64,000 bases of DNA, from NCBI GenBank assembly GCA_964016885.1, contig OZ024764.1, positions 2,604,001-2,668,000 of the forward strand. Direction: 5' to 3'. The notes under the pieces were generated by a model. The model was not told the DNA's origin, searched no databases, and saw only the letters and a program-made list of their open reading frames with translations. Every line of letters starts with the position of its first letter. The stretch's first letter is position 1. This document shows, in pieces, positions 13,650-25,055 of the stretch. The translations under genes and the position numbers were made by a program. This stretch comes from Eledone cirrhosa. Lineage: Eukaryota.

Positions 13650-14200
13650 CGGCCTGATTTGCATATCAGCAGATCCACTGATCTGCCAGATTTGCATATC
13701 AGCAGATCCACTGATCAGCAGATCCACTGATCTGCCAGATTTGCATATCAGCAGATCCACTGATCAGCCAGATTTGCATATCAGCAGATCCACTGATCAG
13801 CAGATCCACTGATCTGCCAGATTTGCATATCAGCAGATCCACTGATCAGCCAGATTTGCATATCAGCAGATCCACTGAGCAGCAGATCCACTGATCAGCC
13901 AGATTTGCATATCAGCAGATCAGCCAGATTTGCATATCAGCAGATCCACTGATCAGCCAGATTTGCATATCAGCAGATCAGCCAGATTTGCATATCAGCA
14001 GATCCACTGATCAGCCAGATTTGCATATCAGCAGATCCACTGATCAGCCAGATCTACATATTAGCAGATCCACTGATCAGCCAGATCTACATATTAGCAG
14101 ATCCACTGATCAGCCAGATCTACATATTAGCAGATCCACTGATCAGCCAGATTTGCATATTAGCAGACTGCATGATCAGTCATATCTACATATTAGCAGA
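13650..14200. repeat. ~33-bp minisatellite GCCAGATTTGCATATCAGCAGATCCACTGATCA with shorter variants
   Basis: Directly visible; about 12 copies of ATTTGCAT. Confidence 0.9.
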
Positions 14201-14379
14201 CAGGCCAGTCAGTTTCATTTATACTGTACTGATGAAAAGTAATCACCCAGAAACATTAGTGTCTGCCATTCTGTTTACATGCCAACACAAGAGCAAGAAA
14301 GACGGAGTCATTCTACTGACATGGCTTAAAAGAGGCTGTTTGCATAATTGCAAATGAATCAAATATTATTATTACTAAT

Positions 14380-14578
14380 AAGGGCGGTGAATTGGCAGTA
14401 TCGGTAGAGGGTTGGACGCCATGCTTTCCAGCATAGTTACGTCCCTTTTCGGTCTGAGTTCAAATCCCGCCGAGGTTAACTTTGCCTTTCATCCTTAAGG
14501 GGTCGATAAAATAAAGTACCAGTAATGTACTGGGTAATTGCTGGCCTTGTGCCTAAAGTAGAAACAATTATTATTAAT
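14380..14578 (+). mobile_element. Full-length tRNA-derived SINE (Nin/Deu-domain-like core)
   Basis: A-box-like TGGCAGTATCGG, B-box GAGTTCAAATCC, core GCCTTTCATCCTT..GGGGTCGATAAAATAAAGTACCAG, (ATT)n tail. Confidence 0.8.
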
Positions 14579-14769
14579 ATTCGAAAAAAACTCAGATTAC
14601 GTTTAACCCATGCTAGCGTGGAAGATGGACGTTAAACGATGATGATGATGACATTTATTGTATTCAGTCATGTAGAGTGATACACTATTTGTTATATATA
14701 TATGGAGAGATAGAGTGAGAGAGAGGAAGAATCAATCCCAGTACTAGACTGGTACATTCTGTCTGTGTG

Positions 14770-15095
14770 TATCATCATCATTTTACATCTGCTTTTCCCT
14801 GCTTGCAAGGGTGGGACGGGAACTGATTCTGGCTTGATTTCTACAGCTGGATGCCCTTCCTAACACCAACCTCATTTACAGTGAGTGCTGGGTGCTTTTT
14901 TGCCGTGGCACCTCCACGACCACTTTACAGTGGAATGATAGGGACCCCAGTCCCTATCATCTCATTTCTACAGCTGAGTAAACTGGAGCAATGTGAAATA
15001 AAGTGTCTTGCTCAGGGAAACAACATATCACCAGGTCTGAGAATTGAACTCCCAACCTTTCGATTGCAAGGCCAATGCTCTAACCACGAAGCCAT
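14770..15095 (-). mobile_element. Composite SINE copy (tRNA/CORE-like head plus GGAAGGGCATCC core and (GAT)n tail); near-duplicate at 15725-16035
   Basis: The two blocks are visibly near-identical ~960 bp apart; each holds a single, unamplified copy of the 48-bp array unit. Confidence 0.7.
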
Positions 15096-15099
15096 GTAT

Positions 15100-15414
15100 A
15101 TATCATAGATTGAGTTAGAAACTCAAAATAGTCTTTAACAATTAAATAGCTCAAAGAAGGGAATCTTTCCGAGCCGTGTAACATAATTGAATATATGAGA
15201 GGGGTCAACACAGACATAAGTATAAATTAATAAGTTTAAATTAGTATTTTTTCAACCTAGCTAACTTGGTCATTTGCAATTGGAACACATGTATACTTGT
15301 ATGTGTTGACCCCTCTCATATATCCAATTATATTACACGGCTCGGAAAGGTTCCCTTCTTTGAGGCTATTTAATTGTAAAAGACTATTTTGAGTTTCTAA
15401 CTCAATCTATGATA
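15100..15414. repeat. Long inverted repeat, ~120-bp arms around a ~65-bp spacer
   Basis: ATCATAGATTGAGTTAGAAACTCAAAATAGTC... is the reverse complement of ...GACTATTTTTGAGTTTCTAACTCAATCTATGAT. Confidence 0.85.
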
Positions 15415-16154
15415 TTCTCGGCTCCTTATGTAGAACTAACTTTAGTCTCATAAACCCGGCTGCTATTTTTAGCGGCATGAGTATGAGACGCGCCAGGCGC
15501 TGCGACATGTGCTTTTATATCAGCACATCTCTCAGTCTTCTTAGATCCTTTGAAGTGAAAGGTACAAATTTCATGGACACCCACTGAAGAACACAGGAAT
15601 TCTGGCTTTCACTTAATAATTCTTGCTAAACAGATTTTGGTCTGTCCGAGTATCATAGGCTATTGCCCGATATAGGTTTGTTATTTTTATTGATTTATTA
15701 ATTTAAATCGAGTCAGGCAAACCATCCTCATCATCACCATCATCATTTTACATCCGCTTTTCCCTGCTTGCAAGGGTGGGACAGGAACTGATTCTGGCTT
15801 GATTTCTACAGCTGGATACCCTTCCTAACACCAACCTCATTTACAGTGAGTGCTGGGTGCTTTTTTGCCATGGCACCTCCATGACCACTTTACAGTGGAA
15901 TGATAGGGACCTCAGTCCTATCATTTTATTTCTATAGCTGAGTAAACTGGAGCAATGTGAAATAAAGTGTCTTGCTCAAGGAAACAACACATCACTCGGT
16001 CTGAGAATTGAACTCACAACCTTTCGATTGCCTCCATGTTTTAAATTAGTATTTTTTCAACCTAGCTAACTTGGTCATTGGCAATTGGAACACATGTATA
16101 GTTATATCTGTGTCCATCTCTCTCATATATTCAATTATATATATATATATATAT

Positions 16155-17187
16155 CTAGGGCGGGTAAAATTCCCGAGATCCATGGACGAGTTCTCTCCAG
16201 CGGTCTCTGTCCCTCATTATCGCTGTCATGTCCTGCGTCTCCAACAGCCCAGTGTCTGTCCTTAGGGCATCAACATACGTTAACCTTGGTCTTCCTCTTC
16301 CAGTGTGTCAATGCAGGGGCTCCCACAGGAACACTGAGTGCAGTGTCAACTCTGGATGTCAGTGAGCATGTCCAGCTAACCTCTGTCTCCCTCTTCCAGT
16401 GTGTCAATGCAGGGGCTCCCACAGGAACACTGAGTGCAGTGTCAACTCTGGATGTCGGTGAGCATGTCCAGCTAACCTCAGTCTTCCTCTTCCAATGTGT
16501 CAATGCAGGGGCTCCCACAGGAACACTGAGTGCAGTGTCAACTCTGGATGTCGGTGAGCATGTCCAGCTAACCTCAGTCTTCCTCTTCCAGTGTGTCCAT
16601 GTAGGGGCTCCCACAGGAGCACTGAGTGCAATGTCAACTCTGGATGTCGGTGAACATGTCCAGTTAACCTCAGTCTTCCTCTTCCAGTGTGTCCATGTAG
16701 GGGCTCCCGCAGGAGCACTGAGTGCAGTGTCAACTCTGGATGTCGGTGAACATGTCCAGCTAACCTCTGTCTCCCTCTTCCAGTGTGTCAATGCAGGGGC
16801 TCCCACAGGAACATTGAGTGCAGTGTCAACTCTGGATGTCGGTGAGCATGTCCAGCTAACCTCTGTCTCCCTCTTCCAGTGTGTCAATGCAGGGGCTCCC
16901 ACAGGAACACTGAGTGCAGTGTCAACTCTGGATGTCGGTGAACATGTCCAGCTAACCTCTGTCTCCCTCTTCCAGTGTGTCAATGCAGGGGCTCCCACAG
17001 GAACACTGAGTGCAGTGTCAACTCTGGATGTCGGTGAGCATGTCCAGCTAACCTCAGTCTCCTCTGTGTCACTTTTGAGCTGACTTTTGGGAAGCTCCCA
17101 TACAGCTCTGAGTTCTTCATCCTCAGTGTATACTGATTAATGTTCAGAGCCATCCTCAGCATTCTCGTGTAGCACCCATCCACCATC
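16155..17187 (-). mobile_element. 5'-truncated RTE/RTEX-like LINE 3' end with an internal 96-bp segment in 8 tandem copies
   Basis: Translation DGCYTRMLRMALNI...ELYG..PKVS..V.QRRLRLAGH..RHPE....V.LWEP.HG...GRPR..YVD.L..D is a typical RTE-group ORF2 C-terminus; flanked by (TA)n. Confidence 0.85.
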
Positions 17188-17421
17188 CATATATATATGG
17201 AGAGATAGAGTGAGAGAGAGGAAGTGTGAAAGAGATATAGAGGATGAATCAACCCCAGTAATAGACTGGTATTCTTTCTATCGACCTCGATGATGGATGA
17301 AAGGCAAAGTTGACCGTGGCGGGATTTGAACTCTGAAAGCAGAGAGCTGAACCAAATTCCACGAAGGTTTCTATCTGTCGATCTAACAACTCTACGAGCA
17401 GTGTAGTAAGATTATACGAAC

Positions 17422-17531
17422 CTGAAAGGGTACTCGTGGTGCTGGTGGTGCCATGGAGCCAGGGAACTGAGACCTGGGCGGTGTTTCTAATACCACATGG
17501 GAGCGTAACAGTCCAGCTGAAGCAGTATTAT
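17422..17531 (-). CDS. CENPJ: Coding exon (110 nt, phase 1->0) DNTASAGLLRSHVVLETPPRSQFPGSMAPPAPRVPFQ
   Basis: ctaacctttgacttttcAG acceptor (with CTAAC branch motif), CAG|GTTCGT donor, open frame that bridges the phase-1 upstream exon and phase-0 downstream exon. Confidence 0.7.
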
Positions 17532-17759
17532 CTGAAAAGTCAAAGGTTAGGGGTCGTTTTTTTTGTAGTTGTCATAACAGACGTGTGATGAAGGAGTGGG
17601 AGGAAAAAATACAAGGATTTTAGGGTAGAAATTGTGGTGGTGTTGGTGGAGTCTGTGGTAATGGTGATGGTGCTGTTGTTGTTGTTAGTGGTGGTAATGG
17701 TTGTGTTGATAGTTGTGGGGGTGGTGTTGGTGGTGGGGTGGTCATGACACCTACATCAC

Positions 17760-19360
17760 TATTGTAAAGTGGTCATGTAGGTGTCACAACAAAAAGCACC
17801 CAGTCCACTCTGTAAAGTGGTCATGTAGGTGTCACAACAAAAAGTACCCAGTCCACACTGTAAAGTGGTCATGTAGGTGTCACAACAAAAAGCACCCAGT
17901 CCACACTGTAAAGTGGTCATGTAGGTGTCACAACAAAAAGCACCCAGTCCACTCTGTAAAGTGGTCATGTAGGTGTCACAACAAAAAGTACCCAGTCCAC
18001 ACTGTAAAGTGGTCATGTAGGTGTCACAACAAAAAGTACCCAGTCCACACTGTAAAGTGGTCATGTAGGTGACACAACAAAAAGCACCCAGTCCACACTG
18101 TAAAGTGGTCATGTAGGTGTCACAACAAAAAGTACCCAGTCCACACTGTAAAGTGGTCATGTAGGTGTCACAACAAAAAGCACCCAGTCCTCTCTGTAAA
18201 GTGGTCATGTAGGTGTCACAACAAATAGTACCCAGTCCACACTGTAAAGTGGTCATGTAGGTGTCACAACAAAAAGTACCCAGTCCACACTGTAAAGTGG
18301 TCATGTAGGTGTCACAACAAAAAGTACCCAGTCCACACTGTAAAGTGGTCATGTAGGTGTCACAACAAAAAGCACCCAGTCCAATCTGTAAAGTGGTCAT
18401 GTAGGTGTCACAACAAAAAGTACCCAGTCCACACTGTAAAGTGGTCATGTAGGTGTCACAACAAACAACACCCAGTCCACACTGTAAAGTGGTCATGTAG
18501 GTGTCACAGCAAATAGTACCCAGTCCACACTGTAAAGTGGTCATGTAGGTGTCACAACAAAAAGTACCCAGTCCACACTGTAAAGTGGTCATGTAGGTGT
18601 CACAACAAAAAGTACCCAGTCCACACTGTAAAGTGGTCAGGTAGGTGTCACAACAAAAAGTACCCCGTCCACACTGTAAAGTGGTCATGTAGGTGTCACA
18701 ACAAATAGTACCCAGTCCACACTGTAAAGTGGTCATGTAGGTGTCACAACAAAAAGTACCCAGTCCACACTGTAAAGTGGTCATGTAGGTGTCACAACAA
18801 AAAGTACCCAGCCCACACTGTAAAGTGGTCATGTAGGTGTCACAACAAAGAGTACCCAGTCCACACTGTAAAGTGGTCATGTAGGTGTCACAACAAAAAA
18901 CACCCAGTCCACACTGTAAAGTGGTCATGTAGGTGTCACAACAAACAACACCCAGTCCACACTGTAAAGTGGTCATGTAGGTGTCACAACAAAAAGTACC
19001 CAGTCCACACTGTAAAGTGGTCATGTAGGTGTCACAACAAATAGTACCCAGTCCACACTGTAAAGAGGTCATGTCACAACAAATAGTACCCAGTCCACAC
19101 TGTAAAGTGGTCATGTAGGTGTCACAACAAACAACACCCAGTCCACACTGTAAAGTGGTCATGTAGGTGTCACAACAAAAAGTATCCAGTCCACACTGTA
19201 AAGTGGTCACGTAGGTGTCATGACAAACAACACCCAGTCCACACTGTAAAGTGGTCATGTAGGTGTCACAACAAAAAGTACCCAGCCCACACTGTAAAGT
19301 GGTCATGTAGGTGTCACAACAAAAAGTACCCAGCGCACACTGTAAAGTGGTCATGTAAAG
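17760..19360 (+). repeat. 48-bp tandem array (~33 units), third expansion of the same SINE segment; SINE 3' half follows at 19360-19512
   Basis: Same consensus as 7440-10780. Confidence 0.95.
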
Positions 19361-19876
19361 CACTCAATGTAAATGTGGTTGGCATTAGGAAGGACATCCA
19401 ACTGTAGAAATCAAGCCAAAATCAGCCAAAATCACCTGACCTAGCATTGCCCCACAACTGGGCAACCCATCTAATCCATGCTAGCATGGAAAAATGGACG
19501 TAAAACAATGATATATATATAGTGGCCTGTCCCTCCTCATAGTGGTGCCATCCAACCCCAGGCTCTGAAACTGTGGTTCTGCACCTGTCCCTCCTCATAA
19601 CAGAGCCACCCGGTCCACACTGTAAATGTGGTTGGCGTTAGGAAGGGCATCCAGCTGTAGAGACCAAACCAGACTTACAGTGCTCACTGGAGCAAGGTGC
19701 AATACATGGCCAAACCTGGCTAGACTGTAAATGTGGTTGGCGTTAAGAAGGGCATCCAGCTGTAGAGACCAAGCCAGACTTACAGTCCTCACTGGAGTAA
19801 GTCCAAGAAAACCAAGTCCAAAATACAGAGCAAAATCTGGTCACCTAACTATTAAACCCTCAGATGATGATGATGA

Positions 19877-21135
19877 GGTAAAAGGTGTGAATGTCTCACC
19901 TGTGCTGTGACAGGTAAGGAAAAGGTGTGAATGTCTCACCTGTGACAGGTAAGGAAAAGGTGTGAATGTCTCACCTGTGACAGGTAGGTAAAAGGTGTGA
20001 ATGGCTCACCTGTGACAGGTAGGTACAAGGTGTGAATGGCTCACCTGTGACAGGTAGGTAAAAGGTGTGAATGTCTCACCTGTGACAGGTAAGGAAAAGG
20101 TGTGAATGTCTTACCTGTGACAGGTAGGTACAAGGTAGATATCAATGTCTCACCTGTGACAGGTAGGTAAAAGGTGTGAATGTCTCACCTGTGACAGGTA
20201 ATAAAAGATGTGAATGTCTCACCTGTGACAGGTAATAAAAGATGTGAATGTCTCACCTGTGTTGTGACAGGTAAGGAAAAGGTGTGAATGTCTCACCTGT
20301 GTTGTGACAGGTAATAAAAAGTGTGAATGTCTCACCTGTGTTGTGACAGGTAAGGAAAAGGTGTGAATGTCTCACCTGTGTTGTGACAGGTAATAAAAAG
20401 TGTGAATGTCTCACCTGTGTTGTGACAAGTAATAAAAGGTGTGAATGTCTCACCTGTGTTGTGACAGGTAATAAAAAGGTGTGAATGTCTCACCTGTGAC
20501 AGGTAAGTAAAAGATGTGAATGTCTCACCTGTGTTGTGACAGGTAATAAAAGATGTGAATGTCTCACCTGTGTTGTGACAGGTAAGGAAAAGGTGTGAAT
20601 GGCTCACCTGTGACAGGTAGGTAAAAGGTGTGAATGTCTCACCTGTGTTGTGACAGGTGATAAAAGATGTGAATGTCTCACCTGTGACAGGTAAGGAAAA
20701 GGTGTGAATATCTCACCTGTGTTGTGACAGGTAAGGAAAAGGTGTGAATGTCTCACCTGTGCTGTGACAGGTAAGTAAAAGATGTGAATGTCTCACCTGT
20801 GACAGGTAAGGAAAAGGTGTGAATGGCTCACCTGTGACAGGTAGGTAAAAGGTGTGAATATCTCACCTGTGTTGTGACAGGTGATAAAAGATGTGAATGT
20901 CTCACCTGTGACAGGTAAGGAAAAGGTGTGAATATCTCACCTGTGTTGTGACAGGTAAGGAAAAGGTGTGAATGTCTCACCTGTGCTGTGACAGGTAAGT
21001 AAAAGATGTGAATGTCTCACCTGTGTTGTGACAGGTAAGGAAAAGGTGTGAATGGCTCACCTGTGACAGGTAAGTAAAAGGTGTGAATGTCTCACCTGTG
21101 CTGTGACAGGTAAGTAAAAGGTGTGAATGTCTCAC
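19877..21135 (-). repeat. 35/40-bp tandem array (~33 units) that repeats the exon 21348-21136 donor junction
   Basis: Minus-strand unit GTGAGACATTCACACCTTTTACTTACCTGTCACAG(CACAG); the first unit starts exactly at the intron GT (21135). Confidence 0.92.
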
Positions 21136-21348
21136 CTGTGCTGTGTAGGTTGGCCATCACCTTCTGCCGTTGCTCCATCTCCTGCCTCAGAAGCAGCAGT
21201 TGCTGCTTCTGTTGCTGCATCAACATCTCCTGCTGCTGTATCTGCTGACGTCGCAGCTCCTTAAACCTGTGCACCAGTTGCAGTTGATGCACCTCGTGGC
21301 ACGAGCCTGCTGCTGCCGATGCTGGTGGTGCCGTGCTGCACATCTCAC
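21136..21348 (-). CDS. CENPJ: Coding exon (213 nt, phase 1->1) encoding a Q-rich coiled coil LVHRFKELRRQQIQQQEMLMQQQKQQLLLLRQEMEQRQK
   Basis: CAG acceptor, CAG|GTGAGA donor, GC-rich open frame; resembles the first coiled coil of CENPJ ([36 protein letters not shown], recalled). Confidence 0.72.
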
Positions 21349-21437
21349 CTGTACAGGTGGGTTAATTAATTTTAATTTGAGTTCGTTAGATAGAAAGATA
21401 CAAAACATATTTAGATTATTTGTAGTGTGGTGTAAAT

Positions 21438-22900
21438 ATATGTGTGTATATATAGGTGTGTGTATATATGTGTGTGTATATGTGTGTATATATAGGTGTG
21501 TGTATATATGTGTGTGTATATATATGTGTGTATATATGTGTGTATATATATGTGTGTATATATAGGTGTGGGTATATATGTATGTATATATGTGTGTATA
21601 TATAGGTGTGTGTATATATGTGTGTGTATATATATGTGTATATATATGTGTATATATATGTGTGTATATATAGGTGTGTGTATATATGTGTGTATATATG
21701 TGTGTATATATAGGTGTGTGTATATATATGTGTGTATATATATGTGTGTATATATAGGTGTGTGTATATATGTATGTATATATGTGTGTATATATAGGTG
21801 TGTGTATATATGTGTGTGTATATATATGTGTGTATATTCTAGGGCGGGTAAAATTCCCGAGATCCATGGACGAGTTCTCTCCAGCGGTCTCTGTCCCTCA
21901 TTATCGCTGCCATGTCCTGCGTCTCCAACAGACCACTGTCTGTCCTTAGGGCATCAACATACGTTAACCTTGGTCTTCCTCTTCTAGTGTGTCCATGTAG
22001 GGGTTCCCACAGGAGCACTGAGTGCAATGTCAACTCTGGATGTCGGTGAGCATGTCCAGCTAACCTCAGTCTCCCTCTTCTAGTGTGTCCATGTAGGGGC
22101 TCCCAAAGGAGCACTGAGTGCAGTGTCAACTCTGGATGTCGGTGAGCATGTCCAGCTAATCTCAGTCTCCTCTGTGTCACTTTTGAGCTGACTTTTGGGA
22201 TGCTCCCGTACAGCTCTGAGTTTTTCATCCTCAGTGTATACTGATTAATGTTCAGAGCAATCCTCAGCATTCTCGTGTGTATATAGGTGTGTATATAGGT
22301 GTGTGTATATATGTGTGTATATATGTGTATGTATATAGGTGTGTATATATGTGTGTGTATATGTGTGTGTATATATGTGTGTATATAGGTGTGTGTATAT
22401 ATATGTGTGTGTATATAGGTGTGTATATATGTGTGTATATATGTGTGTGTATATATGTGTGTGTATATAGGTGTGTGTATATAGGTGTGTATATATGTGT
22501 GTGTATATAGGTGTGTGTATATAGGTGTGTGTATATGTGCGTGTATATAGGTGTGTGTATATATGTGCGTGTATATAGGTGTGTGTATATATGTGTGTGT
22601 ATATAGGTATGTGTGTATATATGTGTGTATATAGGTGTGTGTATATATATGTGTGTATATATGTGTGTATATATGTGTGTGTATATAGGTGTGTGTATAT
22701 ATGTGTATATAGGTGTGTATATATGTGCGTGTATATAGGTGCGTGTATATAGGTGTGTGTATATAGGTGTGTGTATATAGGTGTGTATATATGTGTGCAT
22801 ATATGTGTGTATATGTGCGTATATAGGTGTGCGTATATATGTGTGTGTATATATGTGTGTGTATATATGTGTGTGTATATAGGTGGGTGTATATATCGTG
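21438..22900. repeat. Compound (TA)/(TG) microsatellite with recurring TATAGGTGTG, interrupted by a LINE fragment
   Basis: Directly visible on both sides of 21838-22276. Confidence 0.9.
21838..22276 (-). mobile_element. Second copy of the same RTE/RTEX-like LINE 3' end, with the 96-bp segment in only 2 copies
   Basis: ORF 21839..22270; near-identical to 16155-17187 outside the repeated segment. Confidence 0.85.
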
Positions 22901-22937
22901 GCTGCCAACTCATATATACATACATACATGCCAACTC

Positions 22938-23000
<63 letters not shown>

Positions 23001-23385
23001 CATACATGGTGGCTGCCAACTCGTTTTCGAGTACGGCCACTACTTTATATCCATGTAGGAGAACCCCTACCAATGCGCTGGTGTGTATGTATGGTGTGTA
23101 TGTGTGTATGTATATATATGTATGGTGTGTATGTATGGTGTGTATGTATATATACGTACGTGTGTATGTATATATACGTACGTGTGTGGTATATATAACT
23201 AGTAGTGACAGTAAAAACAATTTGAAAAAAAAAAACAATAATAATTGTTTCTACTTTTGGCACAAGGCCAGCAATTAACCCCCAGTGTATTACTGGTACT
23301 TTAGTACACTGGGTAATTGGTGGCCTTGTGCCAAAAAGTAGGAAAAAAAACAAAAAAAAAAACAATAATAATGAAAATAACAAAC

Positions 23386-24156
23386 CAGCTGATCCTTGCT
23401 GTGTATCAGAGTAATTTGTGGCAGCGAGCCCATTGCCTAAAGTACGTCGAGGGAAGTTGCTGCCACCAGCACCACCATTGCTACTGCTCGTCTCTTCTAC
23501 TACGTGGGGTCTAGTTGTCCCCATTTCACCTTCTCTGTCATCCCCACCACCACCATCAACATCATCACCATCATCATCACCACCATCACTTTCATAACAT
23601 TCCCCGCCGCCATGGCCTTCGTCAACATTATTGTTGTTGCTGTTGTTGTTATTACTGTTGTTATAAGCAGTGTAGTTGTAGTTGTTGTTGTTGTGGTGGT
23701 GGTGAGGGCGCCGGCGGGGTGGTTGATGTTTCACGGTACAAGGGGAAACAACTCTTCCGTTATTCTGCAATACTTTGTTGATGGCGGCGAAGTTGTTGAT
23801 TTTCTTGCTGCTGCTGTTGCTGTTGTTGTTGTTGCTGTTGTTGTTGTTGTTCTGCAGAGAAGATAATGATGACGGTGATGATGATGATGCTGATGCTGAT
23901 ATAATAGCAGTCGACCTTGCTGCTTTATTTTCCTCGTCCGTCGTCGCAGTCGCTAGCGTCCTCTCCCTAAGATGGTGTTTCCCCTTCTGACCAGCTGCGA
24001 TGCTGTTGTTGGTGTTGTTAGGGGTCAGACGTGTACGAGAACGACCAGAAGAAGGTCTCTTGTGGTTGGTAGTGTTGGTGGACGAGGGTATGATGTTATC
24101 CAGTACATCTCCAGATAGACTAGGAATAAAGTTAGATGTAGTAGCAGTAGTAGTAT

Positions 24157-24195
<39 letters not shown>

Positions 24196-24265
24196 AAGCT
24201 GTTGTAGGCGGTGACAGTGGTAGGAAAGTTGTCAGTCCATATCGAAGGAAATCTCCTCTCTCCAT
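23386..24265 (-). CDS. CENPJ: Probable first large coding exon (ATG at 24265; acceptor at 24308-24309), low-complexity poly-T/N/S/H/D N-terminus
   Basis: 880 nt open from MERGDF; in-frame TAA just before the ATG; GCTG|GTTTGT donor in phase 1 matches exon 21348. No recognisable homology within this exon. Confidence 0.55.
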
Positions 24266-24344
24266 TTAATGTTTACAGCCAGAGTGAAATCCCTTCCGCG
24301 ACAGAATCTGGAGTTCAGGAAACAAAACAAACCCGAATTAGTAA

Positions 24345-24945
24345 ATAATAATAATAATAATATTAATAATTGTTTCTACGTTAGACACAAGGCCAGCAAT
24401 TACCCAGTGTATTACTGGTACTTTATTTTATCGACCTCCGTAAGGATGAAAGGCAAAGTCAACCTCGGTGGGATTTAAACTCAGATCGTGAAGGGACGTA
24501 ACTCTTTGCTGCAAAGCATGGCGTCCGACCATCTACCGATACTGCCAACCCACTAATAATAATAATAAATGTTTCTACTTTAGGCACAAGGCCAGCAATT
24601 ATCCAGTGTATTACTGGTACTTTATTTTATCGACCTCCGTAAGGATGAAAGGCAAAGTCAACCTCGGCGGGATTTGAACTCAGACCATAAAGGGACGTAA
24701 CTCTTTGCTGCAAAGCATGGCGTCCGACCCTCTATCAATACTGCCAATCCACCATAATAATAATAATAATAATAATAATTGTTTCTACTTTTGGAACAAG
24801 GCCAGCAATTATCTCAGTGCATTACTGGTACTTTATTTTATCAAGCCCGTAAGGATGAAGGGCAAAGTTAACCTTGGCGGGATTTGAACTCAGACTGGCA
24901 AGGGACGTAAGTTTGCCACAAAGCATGGCGTCCGACTCTCTACCG
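24345..24945 (-). mobile_element. Three head-to-tail copies (~200 bp each) of the tRNA-derived Nin-like SINE
   Basis: Each is the reverse complement of 14380-14578; separated by (AAT)n. Confidence 0.85.
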
Positions 24946-25055
24946 ATGGTTTCTTTATTGGCCACAAGGGCTGACATCAAGAAAAACATTACAGACGGCA
25001 CAGAGCGGCACGATGTGGGTTTTGTGCGTGTAAAGATTTTTATTATTTATATAAA

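Noticed and set aside
14380-14470. tRNA gene suggested by A/B boxes (also 25056-25145, 27130-27197)
   Set aside because: No cloverleaf; these are SINE heads followed by SINE cores and tails.
16085-17083. 332-aa plus-strand repeat ORF
   Set aside because: Antisense of the 96-bp LINE-derived array.
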